27,330 nt of DNA. Origin: Octopus sinensis. Taxonomy: Eukaryota. Position numbers and translations under genes: made by a program. Numbering within the stretch: position 1 is the stretch's first letter; every line of letters begins with the position of its first letter. The stretch covers positions 1 through 27,330 of the forward strand of contig NW_021836027.1 of the NCBI RefSeq assembly GCF_006345805.1, in the 5' to 3' direction. This document shows positions 1-11,890 of this stretch, piece after piece. A model generated the notes under the pieces. The model saw only the letters and a program-made list of their open reading frames with translations. It ran no database searches and was not told the DNA's origin.

Positions 1-319
1 CTGGCACTGCTACAATTGCATCATTAAGAGATTTATTGTGATAGAAACCCGGTCAGATAATTTTTGTGCACAACATTCATAAAGATATTTATTACGTTAC
101 GCAAATTTCAACTCATCAGGCCAAGCAAATACATCAGTGATTAATGAAGAGATCATCATCAACAAGATTTTAACTGATGGTTATATATATATATATAATA
201 TATAGTTGCTGCGGTGTTGTGCAAGCTGCTTTCGACTAAAAATAATTGCACGATTATTGCTGACGCTTTTTTTCAGCAATGGACTTGCACGTCTAACAAA
301 TAAATACCTATCATAAATA

Positions 320-520
320 GATAGACAAATAGATATGTATGTATGTGTGTATATGTATATATATGTATATATATAGATAGATACATGCATAAATATATGC
401 ACATACATATATATACATATATATATATACATATATATACATATACATATATACATATACATACATATATATGCATATACATACATATACATGCATATAC
501 ATATATATACACATACATGC

Positions 521-552
<32 letters not shown>

Positions 553-596
553 TTATATAGGTATATGGTGGTCGTCTGCTCCTTATGCAGTGACCC

Positions 597-662
<66 letters not shown>

Positions 663-690
663 ATATATATATATATATATATATATAATC
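320..690. repeat. Compound (TA)/(TACA)/(TCTA) microsatellite
   Basis: Direct reading. Confidence 0.95.
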
Positions 691-844
691 CAGCTGAATT
701 CAATTCGTCTGAGTCGAAAGACTCCTGTTGTTATGTCCTGTTATTATTATTATTATTATTGTTTTTTGTATTTATATTCGTAGTATTATTTTTTTTTTTT
801 GTATTTATATTCGTGTAACATCTATCCTTGTTTCGTATACATTC

Positions 845-1050
845 GATCCTTTTTCCAAGAAATCTCATGCTCGTAGCTTAGTTTTTCCTTGGGTTTGGCC
901 AGATTGGAGCAATCTCAAGATTAATCAGCCGAAATTGCGAGGATGATCCGGTTCTTGACTGAAGATTAGCGGCTTCAAATGACCCGACCGTGTTTTTTGT
1001 ATTGTCTATTTGAATGTTTTGCGTTCTTGTCCCATTTTGTATTTATATAT
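845..1050. repeat. Interspersed repeat fragment, possibly Penelope-like
   Basis: Recognised from memory as a common octopus repeat (aatcagccgaaattgcgaggatgatccggttcttgact...gcgttcttgtcccattttgtattt); no internal proof of class. Confidence 0.35.
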
Positions 1051-1452
1051 ACTCTTTTACTCTTTTACTCTTTTACTTGTTTCAGTCATTTGACTGCGGC
1101 CATGCTGGAGCACCGCCTTTAGTCGAGCAAATCGACCCCGGGACTTATTCTTTGTAAGCCCAGTACTTATTCTATCGGTTCTTTTTCCGAACCGCTAAGT
1201 GACGGGACGTAAACGCACCAGCATCGGTTGTCAAGCAATGCTAGGGGACAAACACAGACACACAAAACACACACAATACACATATATACAATTATATACG
1301 ACAGGCTATCGTTCAGTTTCCGTCTACCAAATCACTCACAAGGCATTGGTCGGCCCGAGGCTATAGCAGAAGACACACCTTGCCCAAGAGTGTGACGAAC
1401 CATGAACATGTGGTGGTTAGCAAGCTACTTACCACACAGCCACTCCTGCGCC
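1051..1452 (-). mobile_element. tRNA-derived SINE, family A (about 400 bp; head partly deleted)
   Basis: Near-identical blocks shared with 15925-16325 and 18375-18777 (gcggccatgctggagcaccgcc, ccgaaccgctaagt, cacagccactcctgcgcc). Internal CA/TA microsatellite; 3' tail of (TAAAAGAG)n on the minus strand. Confidence 0.9.
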
Positions 1453-2150
1453 TACTTATGTATACATATATATTCATACCTGTATGCGTATGCCAGTGTG
1501 CATGCACATTCGTTTCATTATCATACATTCACAGAACAATGTATTCATTATATTGAAAATAAAATCTGTATAAGCAACAAATCTCTCAATCACCGCATTC
1601 ATTCAATATCATTATTATTGTATTTTTACACGTTTTTTTTTAAAATTATATTTTCATCATCGAGTGAATTGTTTGTAGCGATTTGCTTCCGGTTCTGTTA
1701 TTTACAAACAATATAACGACTAAGTTTTACGACTACTTCTAGTTAAAAAGCAGAAAAAGGCAATAAAATTATATAAAACGATATACATACATACGCATAT
1801 ATGAATATGAATATACATACAAACATAGAGTAGTGTGGTTTCGAGTGTGAGCTTGTGCACAGTAATGATAGCAAAACAAATGTACAAAAAAAAAAACCCT
1901 CAATAGTTAGCTTTTATGTGAAGTATATATATGGGATTATATTGACATCTTACATCAATGCGTTGCTCAGAGTCCCTGTTCTTAGACGGCACTGTCTGAA
2001 AGAGCAGATAGCAATCTTATGGTAATGAACGTGGCGCGACATAGTCTAGATTATCGGTTTGTCCTGCTACGAAGATGACGGTGTATGAAAATCTGATTTT
2101 TAGGGCTTCACTATAAAATAATATAATATAATATATATATATATATATAA

Positions 2151-2204
<54 letters not shown>

Positions 2205-2566
2205 TGTATATAGATATATATATAGTTTATATATATATATATATATAAGCATATACATATATCTATTATACACATATATACTTACACATTCACACACACG
2301 CAAACATAACTATGCGGAGAGAGATTTAAGGATAGGTAAATGGATAGTTAGCTAGCTAGGTAGGTAAACAAATAGATAGATAGATAGAAGATCCTAGATT
2401 ATTTGTTCAGAGAAACAGGGTAAGGTCACTTCAAATAAAGAGTTCAAATTTTATAGGGAATGAGATGAATGTTTTAGGAAATGGTAAGTGCCACAAACGT
2501 CATTTTGTTAGATTATTTATTTTAATAAATCACCCAAAACATATACGCACGTACATATATATATAT

Positions 2567-2619
<53 letters not shown>

Positions 2620-3483
2620 GCGCACCCAGAAACCCATGATAAGTACCTGTGTGTTACGCGCAGAAGGGCAAACAACATATACAGAATAAAGATTACCAGC
2701 CGCCAACTACCAGATACAAGTTGCTAACATTGAAAGGACTGAGCTAGGCTATTTTACCATATACATATTTCTCATCTTTCTCATCATCTTCATCATCATC
2801 GGCATAATTTCTCCGTCATTTCTCGTGCGTTTTCTTCTGTAATATGATATTTATCGTTACAAATTTAGCATAAAAAATCAGATTCTACAATACCGATATT
2901 TTTACAGTTTTCGTCTATGTACAATATTAAGGTATATACAGTATATAGACATATAGTATTCTGGTGTTTATTGTGTTCAAGTGTGTATAACAATGTGGAT
3001 ATTGCTGTATAATGTTAAAAGCCTAGTCATCATTTGTTGTATTACTATTGTAAAACAGTAATGCAACAACTATTTTCACCTGTATCGTTTGTCTTTACAA
3101 GGACGATTATTTTTCTGTATAAAGTTATGTTACGGAGTTGTGACCATTTCTGTCTGTTCGCATTATAACCAGTTTTATTAACATCTTAATGTCGTGAGAT
3201 CGGTCATATTTGACTGTATTGTGTATGTAGACTAAATTGAATCATTCTGTTGCCACTCGAGTGTCGCAGCACTCCAATAATCGGGCTGGGGTTTTCACTT
3301 GATTATCACTGAAGCTCAAATCATGAGAAGAATTTAGTTCAAATAAGCCATGGACTCTACATCACCAGCATTGGTAAACAGTAGGTTTTGGGCATGTGCA
3401 TCACCTGCTAGTTGTTCATACACCTGTCTTCGTCCTTTGTTTTTCTGTACATTTATATATATAAAAATGGTATGTTTTGTCTA

Positions 3484-3544
3484 AATAACTGACGAGATGC
3501 CGGAGCAGATTCCCGCCCCGACATCCGAAACTCGGAGTTTTATT
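3484..3544 (+). ncRNA. Type I hammerhead ribozyme-like motif, partly decayed
   Basis: aataa-CTGACGA-gatgccggagc(agattccc)gccccgacatc-c-GAA-ACTC-g-GAGT-T-ttatt: 5-bp stem I, 11-bp stem II with 2 mismatches, near-palindromic stem III. Confidence 0.6.
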
Positions 3545-3622
3545 ATGGCAACCAAATAATTGTCATATTATTTTACAGATAAATTCCTCTATTTGCATAA
3601 TACATTTATATATGCATGTATG

Positions 3623-3655
<33 letters not shown>

Positions 3656-3656
3656 T

Positions 3657-3702
<46 letters not shown>

Positions 3703-4480
3703 TATATATATATATAATATATATATGTGTGTGGTGGTGTGTGTGTGTATATATATGTATATATATATATATATATATAATATATATATAGTTATTATTG
3801 CATGTATGTATGATGTAATATGTTGTAACACTCGAAATATCTAGCTACTCCAGGACATAACACTGACCATACGTCCAAGAATTACATCTATAGATGTATA
3901 TAGCATTATATACAAATACATTTACACGCACACACACACACACACACACAACAGTAATACATACATACATGAACGCATGCATACATACGTCCAAAATATT
4001 ATTCTAATCTATGTCTATGACTGTATTATTAGTAATACTATTATTGTTGTTGTTGATTTTCTTACTGTCATCCTGGTTGGTGTTCATCCTATACGAAAAT
4101 ATCACATGTGTTCGCTGTAGCTAAATCATGGAGCCGGTCTTTCGACAGTAGAGATTTACCTCGATACAAAGTTATGGAAATATCTTAATGGAACGGAATA
4201 TAATTACAAGCGATATAATAAACTGAATGAAAATCGAAGAATATAACAAAATACAAAAACTTGTATCAGAGTTATACGCAAGTGGGATGAAAGAAAAATT
4301 CATGTATAAACAGTTTCAAAGGAAAGTAGAACACGCCCCCACCATATACATATATACATGCATGCATACATACATACATAGATACATACATACATACATA
4401 CATACATACATACATACATGCATGCATACATACATACATACATACATACATACATACATACATACATACATACATACATA

Positions 4481-5038
4481 CAGGGTGGTGCAAAGAGGAC
4501 GGACATTTTTGAAATGGCTATTACTCAGCCCCAAGGAGAGGGACATATGTCCGACAGGTAGCATTCGGCCCATGGTGTCTTACCATTTTATTTTTTTCTC
4601 AAGTGAAGCCATGGCGCTGTGGACGATAGAGCATCGCATGTTTGCCTACGACAATTACGTGTCAGACAAGCTTTGGTACAGAGTCCGAATCGCTCTGCTC
4701 GGAGGAATTCTACTGAACTTGGCATCGGTAATCAATCCGTAAGGTATATTTTGCATGAAGACCTGCATTTCCACCCGTACAAATTGGTCATTAGCAACAG
4801 TTCACACGATGGGGCTAAGCGCAGAGCAATGCTGGAGAGAGTGGAGTTCAACTTCCAAGAAGTCGTTCAGAAATGCATCAATGAAAACGGACACCATGAT
4901 GGATGTTGCCTTCCACACTTAACTTTGACAACTGCTAAATTCAATACGAACTCATTGTTGTCAATAAAATTTGTTTGCAGCTAAAATTAAGGATTTTGTA
5001 AGGTTTTCAAAAACGTCCGTCCTCTCTGCCTCGTCCTG
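4481..5038 (+). mobile_element. Non-autonomous Tc1/mariner (ITm) deletion derivative, copy 1
   Basis: 34-bp TIRs (CAGGGTGGTGCAAAGAGGACGGACATTTTTGAAA versus the right end, 28/34 identical) and TA on both sides (4479-4480, 5039-5040). Transposase remnants: MALWTIEHRMFAYDNYV, SPNRSARRNSTELGIGNQSVRYILHEDLHFHPYKL and MLERVEFNFQEVVQKCINENGHH...DVAFHT*. No DDD/E domain. Confidence 0.88.
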
Positions 5039-5264
5039 TACATGCATGCATACATACATACATACATACATGCATGCAAACATACATACATACATACATA
5101 CATACATACATACATACATACATACATACATACATGTCTGAATATATACTGGTATTCATCTTGGGAGAGCATCGGGTGTAAACATTTAGTGCTAAAAAGC
5201 ACAAAAGTATATATATATATATTTATATACATACATACATATGTGTGTGTGTGTGTGTTGTATA

Positions 5265-5303
<39 letters not shown>

Positions 5304-5990
5304 GTTTTATTGCATGTATGTATGTATAGTTGTTGTAACACTCGAAATATCTAGCTACTCCAGGACATAACACTGACCATACGTCCAAGAATTACATCTA
5401 TAGATGTATATAGCATTATATACAAATACATTTACACGCCACACACACACACACACACACACATACAGTAATACATACATACATGAACGCATGCATACAT
5501 ACGTCCAAAATATTATTCTAATCTATGTCTATGACTGTATTATTAGTAATACTATTATTGTTGTTGTTGATTTTCTTACTGTCATCCTGGTTGGTGTTCA
5601 TCCTATACGAAAATATCACATGTGTTCGCTGTAGCTAAATCATGGAGCCGGTCTTTCGACAGTAGAGATTTACCTCGATACAAAGTTATGGAAATATCTT
5701 AATGGAACGGAATATAATTACAAGCGATATAATAAACTGAATGAAAATCGAAGATATTAACAAAATACAAACACTTGTATCAGAGTTATACGCAAGTGGG
5801 ATGAAAGAAAATTCATGTAGAAAACAGTTTCAAAGGAAAGTAGAACACGCCCCCACCATATACATATACAATGCATGCATACATACATACATAGATACAA
5901 CATACATACAACATACATACATACATAACATGCATGCATACATACATACATACATACATACATACATACATACATACATACATACACATA

Positions 5991-6549
5991 CAGGGTGGGT
6001 GCCAAGAGGACGGACATTTTTGAAATGGCTATTACTCAGCCCCAAGGAGAGGGACATATGTCCGACAGGTAGCATTCGGCCCATGGTGTCTTACCATTTT
6101 ATTTTTTTCTCAAGTGAAGCCATGGCGCTGTGGACGATAGAGCATCGCATGTTTGCCTACGACAATTACGTGTCAGACAAGCTTTGGTACAGAGTCCGAA
6201 TCGCTCTGCTCGGAGGAATTCTACTGAACTTGGCATCGGTAATCAATCCGTAAGGTATATTTTGCATGAAGACCTGCATTTCCACCCGTACAAATTGGTC
6301 ATTAGCAACAGTTCACACGATGGGGCTAAGCGCAGAGCAATGCTGGAGAGAGTGGAGTTCAACTTCCAAGAAGTCGTTCAGAAATGCATCAATGAAAACG
6401 GACACCATGATGGATGTTGCCTTCCACACTTAACTTTGACAACTGCTAAATTCAATACGAACTCATTGTTGTCAATAAAATTTGTTTGCAGCTAAAATTA
6501 AGGATTTTGTAAGGTTTTCAAAAACGTCCGTCCTCTCTGCCTCGTCCTG
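5991..6549 (+). mobile_element. Non-autonomous Tc1/mariner deletion derivative, copy 2 (within tandem duplication)
   Basis: Near-identical to 4481-5038, with the same flanks. Confidence 0.85.
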
Positions 6550-8329
6550 TACATGCATGCATACATACATACATACATACATGCATGCAAACATACATAC
6601 ATACATACATACATACATACATACATACATACATACATACATACATGTCTGAATATATACTGGTATTCATCTTGGGAGAGCATCGGGTGTAAACATTTAG
6701 TGCTAAAAAGCACAAAAGTATATATATATATATTTATATACATACATACATATGTGTGTGTGTGTGTGTGTGCATTATATATACATATGTATGCGTGTGT
6801 GTATGAGTGTGCATAAAATAGTGTGGAGCTATATACTCTTACAGGCTTTCGTAAAGTATTATCCTCTGTTTCAGGTGGTCTCTATAGAGAAGACGTTTTA
6901 GTAGTACTAATTTATCTACATATAGATTCAGAAAGAATCTTCATAACGTCTTCAAAATTTTACTGCTGTGGTCTAATTGAACACCGTTAACTTTATTAAT
7001 ATTTCAATGAATATAGAAAATTTTTATGAAATATAGTGAAAACTGCAATACATTCACTGAGGAACATCTTTGTGAACATGTCCTTTAACTTTTTTCCCTT
7101 TCATCAAAGTAATATGGATTTGATGCTTAGATAAAACCCTTACGATGAAACGCACAATAATACTGGATACCATTATAGAGTGAAATATATCCAAAATACA
7201 AGAATAACAACAATGAAGCATCAGAAAAGACTTATTAATTAGTATAATCCGCCTTTAAATTTACAGGTAACTACTTCGCTAGATAACATTTAAAAAAATC
7301 TTATAAAAATTCTTTCCTTTTAATAAACTAATCTCACAAATTATTCAACCAGCAAAATGTCGACATTTTTTACTGTACAACTTATAATTTCGAACGCACT
7401 CAATTCAAAACTTTTTAAAACATCTACTCAATCTAAACCAACAGAAACCGTCCATCTTCAAAATTTTGTTTGGATTGACATCAAATTTTAGCCATTAACA
7501 GGTAAATTGTAAGGTAAAAGAAATAACAAGGATTAATGGCTAATTCTCAAATTCAGATTTGACAACCGAATAACTAAATCTTCACGCCTTTAAAACTAAC
7601 ATTTGAATTTTTTGATTATTTCTGGTTACTATGTAATTATACAAATTGTAAGACAGTCCTCTCCCTTTACACTACAATTAATATTTATGTGTGACGATTA
7701 AATCTAATGCACAATTTCTTACGGTTTATACACAGAACCAATTTTATGGCCCAATATATAATTTTTGACATGTATCGTATTTGTGTATGGCTAAAATAAC
7801 TTTATAATTGTAAAAACAATACAGACAATTATAATCTAGTTAGCAACAAGGTTATGTTTTATTAATAAACTAGCATGGATTGAATATTTTACTCAATATT
7901 AACCATTAAAATAACTCATATTATCAACAACATTCTAACCCACCTCATAGCCAGTAACCACATATACACACAGGCACACACACACACAGACACTCCAAAA
8001 CGTATATACACTCATCCACAACGTACCTTGCATTATTTAACTCTTTTTTATATTTGAACAATACTTCTTGTCACTTTTACTCATCACGAATACGCACCTT
8101 TTATCCAAATCTATCAAATTCCTTCTTCATCAATTATTTGGTTTCAACAATTCATCTATGTTTTATAAGCGTAAGAACACATTCCTTTCAATACATTTTG
8201 GTAAACCTGATTTAGATGACACTTCAAAGTCTTTCTCAGCTTTAATAAAAAACAGCATAAATCATTAACTTTACTACAAGTACTGAGTTCTTTTGCATAT
8301 TTGAGCATATGTTAAAAACTTCTACCTCA

Positions 8330-8456
8330 TTATATACATATATATGTATATATGTATGTATATATGTATACATATATAGTCATATATATAAACACATGTG
8401 TATATATATTCACAAAGAATATACATATAGACTTGTATTTTGTACATATATATATA

Positions 8457-8523
<67 letters not shown>

Positions 8524-8910
8524 TATGCATATTATATATAAACACGTATGTGTATAATACACGCAAATATCAAGGTATATACGCACGTATATTTTTAAAT
8601 GTATTTGTATATATATATATGGTCATATTTAAACACATTATACGTACATACATCTATATGTGCATGTACATATATATGCACATATACACGCACACACAGA
8701 CACACACACATATATATATATACATATATATATATAACTATGTATATATGTATATATATGAATATATATATACATATGTATATGCATACGCATATTGATA
8801 TAGATTATATGTCATATATATATTTGTATGCATCTACATATATATATAACATATATATATACTTATATATACATATATATATACATAATATATATATATA
8901 TATATATATA

Positions 8911-8946
<36 letters not shown>

Positions 8947-9000
8947 TATGTATGTATGTATGATGTATGTGTATGTATATATGCATATTTATTCATAAAT
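8330..9000. repeat. Compound (TA)/(TACA) low-complexity tract
   Basis: Direct reading. Confidence 0.95.
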
Positions 9001-9453
9001 ACACGCGTATGAGTGTAAGTTTACGTTCAAGAATTATATACATACAAATATATTTTTAGAAATCAAACTTTTTTCCGCATTTCTCTTCAAGTAATGTTTG
9101 TGTTTAATTTTTCAAGTTAACTTTGAAGGATCTCTAATGACATTTCTTAAATGGGAAAACAAACCTAGCACTGAGATTCTGCAATTTTTTTTTTCTAAAG
9201 TTAAATATATATTTCTTTTGTTGCTTTTGAAATTTCTTTTTCTTTTTTTTTGTGAAGATATCCATAATTTTGTTTGTTTGTTTTTGTTTTCAATGACTGC
9301 TGATTAATTGAACCATTCGCCTTCATCATTTAAAACAAGATTGAGGATTAATGACGATATGTCTTGTTAGGCAATAAAGCAGCAGATCCTATATATGGCA
9401 CGGCCAGTCGGTGGTGAGGTCACTTAAGTTTTGTTGGCCAATCGAAGCGAGCC

Positions 9454-9558
9454 TCACAGTGGTGTTGGTTCAGGATTAGAGACGGAAGAATATGGCGGAG
9501 GATTGTCGTTGAAACCTTCACGAATGTTAATGTCTGGCCGGAAAAGCAATTTGATTCT
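9454..9558 (-). CDS. SLC6A1: GAT-1-like terminal coding exon, cytoplasmic C-tail (105 bp including TGA)
   Basis: Long polypyrimidine tract ttttcttttcag|RIKLLFRPDINIREGFNDNPPPYSSVSNPEPTPL*. Phase 0 matches the upstream exon. RIxLLFRP resembles the SLC6 post-TM12 R..L..P motif. Confidence 0.88.
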   Translation of the reverse strand, partial: RIKLLFRPDINIREGFNDNPPPYSSVSNPEPTPL

Positions 9559-9656
9559 CTGAAAAGAAAAGTAGGGAAATGTAGAAAAATACTGAGACAT
9601 TATTTAGTAGCAATGGTATAATGATGATGATGATGATGATGGTGCTAAAAACTATT

Positions 9657-9778
<122 letters not shown>

Positions 9779-10163
9779 GATCATGAATAAAAAATGATTT
9801 TCTAAATTATACCAGCAGATGACAAAGTTTCTCTAAAAGAAATGGAGAAACTCTCAAAATACAAAGAAATGGAAATAGAGGTAACTAGAATGTGGAATCT
9901 AGAAACAGAAACAATTCCTATCATAGTAGGTGCATTAGGCATGATAAAAAAATATTCAGATAAATACATAATAAAAACACCAGGACTAACAAATGTATAT
10001 AACATACAGAAAATTACACTACTGGGCACTGCACACATCCTACGTAAAACACTTTCAATACAGTAACCATAAGAGCATCACAGCAAATCACAGCACATAC
10101 CCAAGGCACACAGAGCTGCAATCAGTAGTGAAGTGAAAGCACGCTATAAAAATAAAACTACTG
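9779..10163 (+). mobile_element. 5'-truncated non-LTR retrotransposon with restriction-like endonuclease (R4/Dong-like), copy 1
   Basis: IPADDKVSLKEMEKLSKYKEMEIEVTRMWNLETETIPIIVGALG...IQKITLLGTAHILRKTLSIQ* (stop 10064-10066) is the RLE C-terminus. A roughly 100-bp 3' UTR follows; flanked by (AAT)n on the left and (AAC)n(AAT)n on the right. Confidence 0.85.
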
Positions 10164-10196
10164 AATAACAACAACAACAACAACAATAATAATAAT

Positions 10197-10810
10197 CGCT
10201 CAGACATAATGAAGGATTGGAAAACAAAACACCAGCTTACTGATAGACATTGCAGTCCCTTCTGACCAAAATATTATCCATAAACAACTGGAAAAATTTT
10301 CAAAGTACAAAGACCTCGAAACTAAAAATCAAGATGTGAGGCATGAAGATGAAAACGATACCAGTAATAACTGGAGCATCGGGCATGATTAAAACTAAAA
10401 TATATGAAGCAAAACGGATAAACTATACCTAGATCTTCAACACTACACACTATCCAAAAAAATCACTGCTAGAAACAGCCATATTCTACACAAGACACTG
10501 TCAATTCAATAATACAACCTAAACAAAACAATTCTCAAACACAAGATACTGTATATAACAAATAGTCAATGAAATAAACTACCACCATTAGGCTAGATAC
10601 CCAACACATTACACACACAACAAACAATAGAAACACTAATACAATACAAGTCTGTACCATACCCCATAAAAAAAAAGAAACTGACGCAATACAATATCGG
10701 GAAGAGTTTGCACATCCCGAACAACAGAAAAGGGTAAACAATACTGGACACAACCCTGCAAGGTATAGCAGGTAACGCAGTAGAAATTTGACTGAAACTA
10801 CCAAATATTG
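10197..10810 (+). mobile_element. 5'-truncated RLE-type LINE (R4/Dong-like), copy 2, more decayed
   Basis: RSDIMKDWKTK / LIDIAVPSDQNIIHKQLEKFSKYKDLE / KM*GMKMKTIPVITGASGMIK / ...LSIQ* (stop 10510-10512), with frameshifts. Covers the PD..D...K catalytic region and ends at (AAT)n 10811. Confidence 0.75.
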
Positions 10811-10820
10811 AATAATGATA

Positions 10821-10908
<88 letters not shown>

Positions 10909-10923
10909 TAATAATAATAATAA
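10811..10923. repeat. (AAT)n with GAT interruptions
   Basis: Direct reading. Confidence 0.97.
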
Positions 10924-10930
10924 CAATCGT

Positions 10931-11093
10931 CTTTATTATAGACACAAGGCCTCAAAGTTGGGAGTGAGATAAGTCGATACCATTTCTCGAATAATTCTTC
11001 ATTTCGACCATAACGGGATTTTGACTCACAGCACAAGGAACCGAAAGAAATATTACTAAGAATTTGTCCGGATTAATAACGATTCTGACAGTT
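10931..11093 (-). mobile_element. SINE family B, heavily diverged
   Basis: gacacaaggcc, taagtcgat, ttgactcacagcac and taacgattctgacag align to the reverse complement of 26706-26916. Confidence 0.6.
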
Positions 11094-11094
11094 A

Positions 11095-11578
11095 GTGCAG
11101 CCAGTGGCTCTCATGGCTTCTGATCTTAACTGATTGGAAGTGTTATCATGTACATTGTTTTGTCTTGGTATAAAAGATGGGCTACAGCAAATATTCGGCT
11201 CAATAACACAGATTTTCTTATCACTTGTTTGACCTTAATCAGTTGAGCATGTCCCGTAATGGCTGACGATTTGTGCATCTCTGATCACGAGCAGAAATAG
11301 TAGGGAAGCGTCATGGCCATTTGTTAGGAAATTTTTGGGGCTTAACTAATTCACTTCTGGAACCATGGGTGTTTTGTTCATCGTCCTTGAACAACCCTCA
11401 TTCAAGGACCTTTTTGAGCGGGATGAGTTACTCAACCCGAAAAAAATACAATGTCACTATGTCGCGCTCATATGGTTGTGATGCGTCTGCCTGGTGTACC
11501 CTTATCAGGTGGGTTGTCATAATGAGTACATTGGGCTTCGTATATTTGTACCTCTATGTCACGTAGGCATGCACTGCT
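11095..11578. repeat. Interspersed repeat of about 480 bp, class uncertain
   Basis: Non-coding, moderate-GC block between microsatellites that I recognise from memory as a common octopus repeat (ctctcatggcttctgatcttaactgattggaagtg...); single copy in this window. Confidence 0.5.
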
Positions 11579-11579
11579 C

Positions 11580-11629
<50 letters not shown>

Positions 11630-11640
11630 GGATATTGATA

Positions 11641-11676
<36 letters not shown>

Positions 11677-11741
11677 GTGATGATGAACAACAAACAACAA
11701 CAATAATAATAATAATAATAATAATAAATTGACATCATCAC

Positions 11742-11789
<48 letters not shown>

Positions 11790-11820
11790 TATTATTATTA
11801 TTATTATTATTACCATTATT
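11579..11820. repeat. Compound (AAT)/(GAT)/(CAT)/(TAT) trinucleotide tract
   Basis: Direct reading. Confidence 0.95.
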
Positions 11821-11890
11821 ATCGGCAGGATTTGAACTGAGAATATAAAGGAAACTCAGTAGACTAAGTTTGATACTCTACTATTTCTAG
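11821..11890 (-). mobile_element. SINE family B head remnant
   Basis: tcggcaggatttgaactgagaatataaag resembles the reverse complement of the family B B-box region. Confidence 0.45.

Larger units (their letters stand above)
3726..6772. repeat. Direct tandem duplication, two units of about 1.51 kb, junction within (TG)n at about 5242-5259
   Basis: ctcgaaatatctagctactcc at 3831 and 5341 (offset 1510); ORF pair 4619/6130 (offset 1511); homology ends in (TG)n near 6772. Confidence 0.95.

Noticed and set aside
181-783. Overlapping ORFs rich in Y/I/M/C/H/T (also near 3560, 8309-9012, 13728-14501, 16915, 22497 and 24374)
   Set aside because: Translations of stop-free TA/TACA/TG microsatellites; no protein signal
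4048-4230. Micro-exon-like segments on minus (tag|GATGAACACCAACCAGGATGACA|gtaaga and a segment of about 60 bp above it)
   Set aside because: Cannot be joined in frame to downstream candidates; such signals arise by chance in AT-rich DNA
4227-4742. 171-aa ORF and its 170-aa twin at 5741-6253
   Set aside because: Chimera of unique sequence, (TACA)n and the mariner TIR and N-terminus; not a gene
4619-4984. 121-aa ORF as an intact transposase
   Set aside because: Only HTH and C-terminal scraps fused by deletion; no catalytic triad
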